From positions 25,916,001 through 25,980,000 of the forward strand of contig CATNEN010000001.1 of NCBI GenBank assembly GCA_950097015.1: a DNA stretch of 64,000 nucleotides. Direction: 5' to 3'. The position numbers and the translations under genes were made by a program. This stretch comes from Macrostomum hystrix. Lineage: Eukaryota; Animalia; Platyhelminthes. The stretch's first letter is position 1, and each line of letters opens with the position of its first letter. The notes beneath the pieces are model-generated. The model was not told the DNA's origin. It was given only the letters and a program-made list of their open reading frames with translations, and ran no database searches. This document shows positions 11,397 through 20,407 of the stretch, one piece after another.

Positions 11397-12905
11397 TTAG
11401 TTAAACTTGCACTGATTAAACGTGCATCCATTGAAACTGAACTTAGTCACAGGGTTGTCGTGACTATTGAAGCCGGTAAAGCACAGGCCCGATTGGATGG
11501 AGATAGTGGCATCCGAGTCAGGAGCAGGGATGGCGACGGACTCGTCTTGTTCAGCAACAGCCGAACCGGAAGCAGGGATGGCGACAGCATCCTCATCAGA
11601 GCGCAACTGAAGAGCAGAAGAAACCGATGCACTATTCTTCTGTAGGGAACGGTCACGCCGCCTCGCCAGATAGCGACGGGTTGTTCTCTCTGACGTTTGG
11701 CCAGTAATGGACATGATGTCACTCAGACTGTGTCCGGCAGCTTCCAGGTCGCAGATCCGAGTGACACTATTTAAAAAGATTGTTAAAGGTTTTCAATTAG
11801 CTACTTGAAATTTTTAGCTACTATACACAATCGACTACTGCTTTCGTACTTACCGAATGCAATGATTGGTATAAACCTTCGACAGGCCGACTTTCTCGCT
11901 TAAGTTTCGCATAAATCGCTGCAAGTAGTTGTCACCACGATTTTGCTTCGCCGAATACGTCACGCTGCCGTTGTGGCTAGCTAGCGGCCGAGGAAAAAGA
12001 TGATCGTCCTTTGTTTGTGAAGGCAGCAGATCCAGATATCTTCGCACGTTGGCGGTCTCGTAGATTCTGGCCTGTTTGTTGTCCTTGGTGGACTTGGCCT
12101 TCACAGGATCAGCAGGTTTGTTCTTCGATGGAAGCTTTGGTAGACAATAGTACTCTTTGCCATCTGCATCAGTGCGCAGCTCGAGGATGTCGCGTTTCTT
12201 CAGATATTTCAGATGCTCTTGTCCTCGCTCACCGAGACTGTACAGAATATAGAACAAGAACCTATCCTGCTCGGCTTCAGCGCTTCCGTCTCGAAAGTAA
12301 TCTGCCAGCTTCGACATGTCGCCCTCTTCGATCGGCTCATACTGCTGGACGTCGCCTCCTTCTTGGTGAAACTTTCTTACCTGCACTCGAAGCATATCGT
12401 TCGCTTGCTGGAACTCTACACCGGTGATGATGTTTACTTTCAATTTTCGAATTACACGCAGGTACCTCTGTATTCCTGCCCTGATGCAGACTAGAGAAGC
12501 AGGCGAATATGACTTTCCATCCTGCCGCTTCAATTTAAAGTAGAAGTACCTTAAGTACTGATTGAGGGTTTCGGCCGGCACTTCTGAAACGTCTCGTAGT
12601 TTCTCACTCGCGAGGAGATTAAGGAAGCGTTCCCCGTGAATATACATCTGCTTCCTCGTTTCGGCAGGTAGGCTTTCAATTTCTACTCGATCCATCTCGC
12701 TAACATCAAGTTGCTCGCCATCTAGGCACGGCAGTTCATCGTTAGAACGATCACTTTGAATATATTCAAGGAACGCTGCAAATTCGTCGTCGCGTCGGTC
12801 GATATTTGAAGTCTCGGAAATAAAGTTCAGTTCGAACGAGTCGACATTGCCTAATTCGTCGATAGGCAGATTGCACCAATTGATTGGAAAATGAATGCCT
12901 TCCAT
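11397..12905 (-). CDS. Crypton-like (DUF3504-type) tyrosine recombinase B, 473 aa; exons 12905-11854, 11766-11397
   Basis: LNQYLRYFY..L.RQDGKSYSPASL..IRAGIQRYL N-terminal domain, then LGERG (Arg), SKNK, YTNHCIR|VT (HxxR), ITGQTSERTTRRY (Tyr), and C-terminal FNGCTFN. An 87-bp GT-AG intron restores the frame. Confidence 0.88.
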
Positions 12906-13164
12906 TCTATGAAATTGATTCTACTCGCCCGATGAACAGCGACTCTTTAAAACTCCGTCGTCTTGACCATAGACATATCATTCTCTATGATTTCGTGTGT
13001 TCTGCCGTTGTCTGGAACTGAACTAACTGATTTTTTCTAACCCTTGGGATTTCCCATAGACGTGGCAGATATTAAGATGTGGGGGCTTCGCCCCCACACC
13101 CCCATTTCCGTCCCCCACCCACTTTAATTTCTAACCCCTAGCTGACAATTTGGACAATGATGTC

Positions 13165-13259
13165 GTCTGGAATTGAGATTTCAGTTAATGGCCAAATTGA
13201 CACTCGCGCGCTACGCACGCTCGTGTCTATGGCCATTAACTGAAATCTCAATTCCAGAC
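13165..13259. repeat. Perfect 30-bp inverted repeat (13165-13194 / 13230-13259) with a 35-nt spacer that is itself partly dyad (GACAC...GTGTC)
   Basis: GTCTGGAATTGAGATTTCAGTTAATGGCCA and its exact reverse complement. Confidence 0.95.
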
Positions 13260-13834
13260 AACCACCCATTATATGGCACACTGGTTCAAGACTTCGCATT
13301 TTCCAACCATAGACGATAGATTCGTGGCTCAGAATGCGCCCATTAAACGTCCATTCCAAAAGATCGGCTCTTGCTGTTTAGATAAGCGACTTGAAACTTA
13401 GGACAACTCTAGATGTGTCCTAAAGTTAATATCGACCATGACAGTTTTGGTCATAGACAGTCTCTCTTGATAAAACGCACCAGTCGTAAGTTCGATCTTA
13501 TCTTCCCTTAGGTCTGACCTTAGTTGGATCCCAGCTAAGATCGACTTTTATCTTCATAGAACACGTCGATCCTCAACTCAATCCTAAGTTTGAACTTAAG
13601 ATTGAACTTTGGTTCGTAAAACTCTAAATGTGAAAGCGGTGTGTGAGAGCTGCGAAAAAGAAATGCGGCATTGTTTTACATGCGCAATAGCGAGATTTTT
13701 AACAATTCATTAGTGTTAATCAAATTCGTTCACTTCTCCTATTCGTTAGGTTTCATCAAAGCGATTTGCTGAAATACATTCACTCATGAAAAACTGTAAA
13801 AATGTAGTAATCAAAGAGTTTGTCCTGAGTAGAC

Positions 13835-14554
13835 TCAGCCACGCAGGTAATAGACTCCAGCTGAGCTGCTCAGACTGGCTGGTGGGTAGGCGAACCTGAG
13901 CAGGTGGCACACCTGCTGCTGGCCTGAGAAGATCACAGCCTGACAGTCAGCAGCCTTGGCCTCGCACTGAAACAGGCAGTCGAGCTCGATCAAGGCAGCG
14001 ACCGTCCAGAATGTCTGCTGAGTGGCTTCCACAGTTTTATTTGGCCTCGGTGCTGGCTTGAAAAAGTTTTTTACTGAAACGGATAAAAATTTACGTGACT
14101 CTAATGAAGAGGGAAAATTCTAAGGTTTGAAAGGCGACTCACAGGGGTAGATGAGAGCGAACACAGAGTTCCTCCAGCCTGCTCCGCACTTCTGCAGCGG
14201 GTTTCCGGGGCAGTCAATGCTGCAGTCGCTCTCACTAGCTTTTCCATGCGACCCAAATGACTTCCCACAGAAGCAGTCTATGCTGTACTGCACGCCGAAG
14301 TAGGGGAAGCCGCCCAGTGAGCAGACGCTGCTGCAGAACTCGTGCGAGTTGCTGTTTGAAGCGATGCGGCTTGCTCCCATGACTTTGAGACCACCGAAGC
14401 TGATCGCGCCACTGAGTCCATTCAGGTCCCTGTCAGGGGTGTCAACGAAGCAGCCGATATAGGAGAACTCAACAGTCCTGGCAGCCACACAGGACAAAAG
14501 TGCGATGCACACTGCACCGTTGAGAATGATGTCTAGCTTTGTACTCTTTGACAT
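13835..14554 (-). CDS. Secreted WSC + PAN/Apple-like protein, paralogue 2; exons 14554-14143, 14073-13835
   Basis: Same domain pattern and intron position as paralogue 1; frame open. Confidence 0.85.
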
Positions 14555-14900
14555 TCCAGTGTCGTTCTGATTCGGAAAAATCCAGAGTCAGCGGCCTGGG
14601 TCGTCGAAAAAATATTCTTTATCTTCGTCAGCGCTCCTGCAGCATAGAATAATTATTTTGCCTTTCTTTTGCTCTATATGAGATTGGCAGTCACAGCTCG
14701 ATGCACTGGGTTCTTCAGGATTTTTCTATCGTTGCTTTCCCACTGTTGTTGCAGCTAAAACTTGTAAGCGAGTGTGCAGAGATATGATGCCAGCAAAAAG
14801 CATCGACCCATGGCGGAAGCTAATGCCTGAGTGTCGTGTATAATTTTTCTGCCTGACTCTGATATGCACGCAATGTTATATATTTCAGCTACTGCATACC

Positions 14901-15375
14901 TGTAGGAAAGAAGAATCGGAAAGGACCGCACTAAGAAACCTAGCCCACCTAGCCAATCTTTGGTCGTCGAAATTGGCTATAAATCGAACCGAAGTGGGAA
15001 TTGTAAATCGAATACATCATGCAGAAGTACTCGTTCTTAGAACTCTGTAATGCCAAAGTGAGGCCTTTAGCGGTAGGATATATTAGATAGGCTGTTGAGT
15101 ATAGTTGCGCATAAGATCCCACGAAAATGTTGTGACAATCTCTGAGAAAAATTCCAAATCGCTGAGTTTTAAGCCCCATCGTACATCGTATGCGTTTGAG
15201 ATAAATTTATGTGAGTCGCTTTAACTACTCAGGCGGGACCCTTGATCAGGGCCCCTGGTTGCTCGATCAGAAAACCCGACGATTTACGCAGGGTCTCTTA
15301 TAATTTTCTGGCTCTATGCAGCTTCAAACCCTCGCACCCTCGACCCACAGGGAGCCGTTACAGGTGGCGGTTTTT
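14901..15375 (+). mobile_element. Possible LTR (TGTAGG...GTTACA) followed by PBS-like TGGCG
   Basis: TG...CA ends at 14901/15362, TATA-like CTATAAAT near 14977, and GGTGGCGG immediately downstream. No partner LTR, TSD or gag/pol seen. Confidence 0.3.
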
Positions 15376-16304
15376 TGTAAAGGGACGCCGCCATTCTAAC
15401 AGCCCAGGTCCGGAACGTCGTTCGTTTGAGTCCAATTGGGCACGCGGAGGGGTAGACCCCCTAGGCACTGGCCAGAAAGGGACCATTGGCTTAACTTGCT
15501 AGATGCCATTAGGCAATTATCTAAGTCTTGGGTGTCCAGTCATTCTACGAGGCCGAGTCTCTTACCCATTTATCTTACCTATTCAAGTTAGAAAGTGCAC
15601 GTGAACTCTTTCATTTGTCTTATTGCCAACTTGCAATTGCCTTATTATCGCTCTATTCTCTCACCATGCATTTTCCACGCTTCGTCAATTAACCCTGTCC
15701 TCTTCAACAGTAAGATGCAGGTGTCTGACAGGCGCATCAGAGCAGCACACCCTGAGCCCTGCTATCTTAAGAAAAATGGTCACCCGCTTTTTGGTTTATC
15801 GACACGCCTTACGTACAGAATACAGAATCCTCCACAGCAGGATTGTATTTGTGAAGTTGATAACTGACGGGTAAGAAAGACGCTCTTTTAGCTGTCACTC
15901 TGAGAATTTCTGAAACTCCTTTTCCTGAAACTAATACACATACCACACTGAGAAACTTCGATACATGCCGACTCAGTGAAATACGCTCAAAGTCTCGAAA
16001 ATGATTTAGGCAAAAATTACTTTCATTCCAATGCTGAATTTATTGCTTAATGGAAACTTTTTATAGCTTCCAATAGAGAAACATCGGACTCCAGAAACAC
16101 TTCCACAACAGAAAAATCCAGATGTGATTGTTAGTAGCTACGTGGTTTTGATGGTTCTTTAATTAACCTTTACTCGAGATTAGACTTACGCTCGGACAGT
16201 TCAAAACACCTTGACAAAAGATTGACACAATACGCTCGAACAGAAGGAATTGAAAGATTAGTACAAGTTTGATAAGCGAGAATAGGTACAGAAAAATTGG
16301 GAAA

Positions 16305-16990
16305 GTTATAATTTTACCGAACTGGTCTAACTCTGCGGACGAGGCCCTGCTGCCTCCGCTTTAGGCGCTGCTCCGATAGATCCTATCGGTTAGCACTCCT
16401 TCTGCTAGACGGCGGAGTCTCCGATGAGAGCACTTACTGACTTTGACAACAGGAACCTATCTAGACCCCATCTTGACCAGTGGCGCACTCTCAAGACGTG
16501 GATCGCCGAGAGCTACCTAACTGACAAAAAGCTTGTGGTCGGGAACGGGATGGAACAATCAAAGCTGGGCAATCACAAGCTTAGAGTGCGGCTCTCTTGC
16601 TTCTCACTGAGCTGAGGCGAATCAGAAGGTCTAGGCGAAAAAAAGACTTTCGGACACGGCGAAAACGCGGTTTATTAAATAGACCGAACTGACCCCTGAT
16701 TAGGGCGGTCGGCGGGGTGGCTGTCAGGCTGGCAGCTTGAGCCTGATGGGTGGAATCGCAGTAGACTTGCGGGGTAGAAAATCAGCGAGGCCGGATCGCA
16801 ATCTGATTGGCCAGGGCTCCAGCACAGGGGTAGAGTTGACGGGGTGGTTGGCATCAGCCCACCTGACTGGCCCGGACCGGCTAGGTGTGAATTTCTCACC
16901 TTTAATTAACTGTTCTAAAAATAGACTGGACACTCGCTATACTGACCTACAATGACAGAAAAATAAAATATGCTCACACTAAAACACTGT
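16305..16990. repeat. Non-coding interspersed repeat, copy B (homologous to 5495-6240)
   Basis: Collinear similarity to copy A in the same orientation. Confidence 0.75.
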
Positions 16991-18204
16991 TCCTCATCAA
17001 GTATAAATCATAACAGAAAACGAATCGAGTTCAAAGCGTCATGTCTTTCTTCGATGCAATTTGTTTGTTGCAAGTCCTTCTTTCGTATATGATTGGTTCA
17101 GCAAAAAGGAATACTCTACGTCTGCTTTCTAAGAAAGCGATGTGACGGTATTTCTACCAAACAGCCTCACTAGATAAAGTCGCACTGCAGGTGCAGTATT
17201 TTGACGATTAGTGACTTGTACAAGTGCAAGTGCAATGTAATGCGAAGGTTTTAGAGTCAACTAAAAGTTTTCGAAATTCTATTCTCAATGGGATGTGGAA
17301 TAAGCAAACGTTTTATGCTGTGGCTCGACAAATAAGAAAAGAAAAAGCTTTATTAAGGTTTTAAGAACTCTCAAATAAACTTTAATAATTTACAACGAAG
17401 AACGGCTTCGTAGTTTTAATGTTGATGGCAGCTATGAAAGAAGTTAACAATCAAGATAATTTGTCTTTTTGTTGTTTTTTAATTAACCGGTTTTATTCCA
17501 TTGCAGTGCAGACTCAGCCACGCAGGTCTAAACTTAAGAAAATATTCTTTTAAACTCACCTGCCTGGCCTCACAGCAGAGCTCTCATATATATATATATT
17601 TTTAGGAACCTGCGGATCTCGTTGTCGCAAACTCAAAACCTCAATAAGAATTGACGTTCCTTCTGCTCCTCATCTTGGAAAGCTGCTCCTGTTTGGTTGA
17701 ACAAACACCGTTTATGTCAATGACCTTCGGGTCAAGCAAGCAGAAACGAGTATTTTGACACGGATCACAGAGATTTTGAAAAGACGCTGTAAAAGCAGTT
17801 ATAATATTTTTTTTCGCAACTTTCGGACAGGATAATCGCCATGACTTCGATAGTTAGCCTCTTGCCTCAACGTTTCCAGTTATATTTTTACAGTGAACGC
17901 TGACGATGAAACAAATTGCATCAGGCTACAGGCTAAACAAAATAAATATTTTGTAAGCTTTGATGCAGCGAAATCTGAGCAACAAGCGATGAGTCCACGC
18001 TAAAATATAACGCGGCTCAAGGCGGCGGCGTTGGGTGTTTGGGTGGGTTTTGCTCCAAACAGAGTACGCAAATAGGACTCGAAATACCTCGTACTACAAG
18101 TTATTTATAGGCTTAGATGGAGCATAAATCATTGCTGCAATGACACAGAGAGAGAAAGCTCAATGAGAAGCTTTTACGATACTCGCATTCAGAGAAGTGC
18201 TGAA

Positions 18205-18918
18205 ATGTTTCGCAAGCAGGGCATTCTCACTGGCGCAGTTACAGCGGCACTCCTGTTCTGTGTGGCTGCAAGGACTGCTGAGTTCTCCTATATCCGCTGC
18301 TTCGTTGATAAATCTCCCTGGGACTTAAATGGACTCAACAGAATTTTCAGAATCGGTGGGCTCGAAGTTACAGGTGGCTGAATCGATTCAGCCAGCAACT
18401 CACACGAGTTCTGCAGCAGCGTCTGCTCACTGGGCGGCTTCCCCTACTTCGGTGTGCAGTACGGATTGAACTGCATGTGCAGCAACTCATTCGGCTCACA
18501 CGGAAGAGCTGGTGACAGTGAGTGCAACATGATGTGCACTGGAAACCCGCTGCAGAAGTGCGGAGCAGCCTGGAGGAACTTCGTGTTCGCCCTCACCTAC
18601 ACATGTGAGTCGCCTTGACTTTTACATACTGGTATTTGAATAAGTAAATCCAAAATATTTAATGGGGTCTTGTATACTTTTTATTTTAGCAAACAACTAC
18701 TTCAGGCTGTCTCCGATGCCCAATGCGACGGTGGAGACTGCTCAACAGACGGGTTGGACTCTCTTCATGGCCAGTGCAATTGACTGCCTGTTTGAGTGCG
18801 AGGTCAAGGCTGCCGTCAGGCTGTGATCTTCTAAGGCCAGCGCTGTTACCTGCTCAGGTTCGCCTACCCGCCCGCCAGTCTGAGCAGCTCTGCACGAGAC
18901 TACTACCTGCGAGTCTGA
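18205..18918 (+). pseudogene. WSC + PAN/Apple-like paralogue 3, pseudogene; exons 18205-18604, 18690-18918
   Basis: In-frame TGA at 18379-18381 (Arg in paralogues), YIGC changed to YIRC, and a small deletion/frameshift in exon 2 near 18815. Confidence 0.85.
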
Positions 18919-19073
18919 GTCTACTCTGCCTTGAAATGGAACCCTTTGATTCCTAAAAACATTACTATGCCTAGCCATTGGCACGCATGAAGTTTTGCAA
19001 CCTCTTTGCCCCAATTTGCAGAATTTAAGCAGCAGTTAAAAAAAGCGTTTTGATCCGTATAAAAATCCCGAAA

Positions 19074-19757
19074 TGACTTACTTGACTTACTTAGCTGCAG
19101 GGTGCGTTCGACCGGCGGAAGCAGCGAGGAGGCGGAGGGACCACCCATTTCGCTAACCCTAGGTGACCAACGCCACTCAGGTGGATCCGGCGATCTCGTC
19201 CGCAGCAGGATTCTCCTCACCGGCGGTGGGGAACAAGTTCTCGCGCCCGGTGTCCCTCAGATAACGGGCTAGCAGATGGATGTTATCGAGTCTGAAAACG
19301 TCGGAGAGGTATGGGTTTTGTCCGAGATACTTAAGCCTTGCCCTGCTGGCGGATGAAATGCTCTGTGTTTTCGCGGTCAGAGCTGCAGAAGGGGCACCGC
19401 ACCTCCGACACATGGCCTTGGAGGAAAAGATGGCGGGAGAAGCAGCCATGTCTTGAAAGGGCCATGCTGACTGCTCTGAGATCACTGCTATTGAGTTTCT
19501 CCTACAGTTTCTCTCTGTAGTTAAGGTTGAGCTTAAGGAGGGCTTTGCGCAGCTGAGCGTTGAGGTTGGGGGCAGCGGCTCTGGACTGATGGCAGTCAGA
19601 GTGCTCGTCCACCTACGACGGTGCTCGGATTCCATCCAGCGCTCGATACGCGAGTTGTTGACCGAGGCAGGGAAGGGAGCACCCGGGCCTGGTCCGACCA
19701 AGGAACCAGCAAAATTGCTCCTGGCAAGCAGGCCTGTCCGCTCAATCCCGATATGAA
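19074..19757 (-). mobile_element. 5'-truncated, decayed non-LTR retrotransposon 3' end (post-RNase H region and Zn-finger-like C-terminus)
   Basis: Broken frames give GPGPGAPFP..IERWMESEHRRRW..GHGCFSRHL..CPFC...ENTEHF; short tandem tail (AAGT-like on minus) at 19074-19093. Confidence 0.65.
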
Positions 19758-20099
19758 AAGACAAAAATTCGATATTGGAAGAGTAATTAGCGGAAGTGGC
19801 AGTTCGCATGGAAACGTAACTCAAAAATCAGCTTTTCTTCTTAATATATTTTGTCTTAAACCATCAGCAAACAGCGACGAGCATTTCCTGTGTGTTGCTG
19901 CCCCCACAGCCTGAGTGACAGAAAACTGTCATGCCTCATCCAAGCTACAGTAAAAACTGATTCTACTATGAAAAATGTTGATTGTCTGCTGTTTTCATTT
20001 TATCGTAACTAATTTCATCGTAAGTTTCTTCCTACATGCATTTATTTTGTCATGGGCTGCATTGCGCGTAGAGGTGCGAAAAAGTGGCGTGACTTTGCA

Positions 20100-20407
20100 C
20101 AACCCCCCCGACCTAGCGAGTCGGCTGGCTGGGCCATGGAGCTCTGAATCTAGAAACTGGAGAGACAACTCCCCGCCAAACCCCCATTTCCCGACAACCC
20201 CCCGACCTAGCGAGTCGGCTGGCTGGGCCATGGAGCTCTGAATCTAGAAACTGGAGAGACAACTCCCCGCCAAACCCCCATTTCCCGACAACCCCCCGAC
20301 CTAGCGAGTCGGCTGGCTGGGCCATGGAGCTCTGAATCTAGAAACTGGAGAGACAACTCCCCGCCAAACCCCCATTTCCCGACAACCCCCCCGACCTAGC
20401 GAGTCGG
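20100..20407. repeat. 94-bp tandem repeat: 3 full units plus the start of a 4th that continues at 24844
   Basis: ACCTAGCGAG recurs at 20111, 20205, 20299 and 20394. Confidence 0.95.

Larger units (their letters stand above)
10256..13625. mobile_element. Inverted-ended (PIF/Harbinger-MITE-like) shell enclosing the tyrosine recombinase locus
   Basis: Left TTTTACGAAC (10263-10272) vs right GTTCGTAAAA (13612-13621); TCGATCTTAGCT (about 10369) vs AGCTAAGATCGA (about 13533); shared AACTTAAGA/CCTAAGTT motifs. No clear TSD. Confidence 0.5.
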
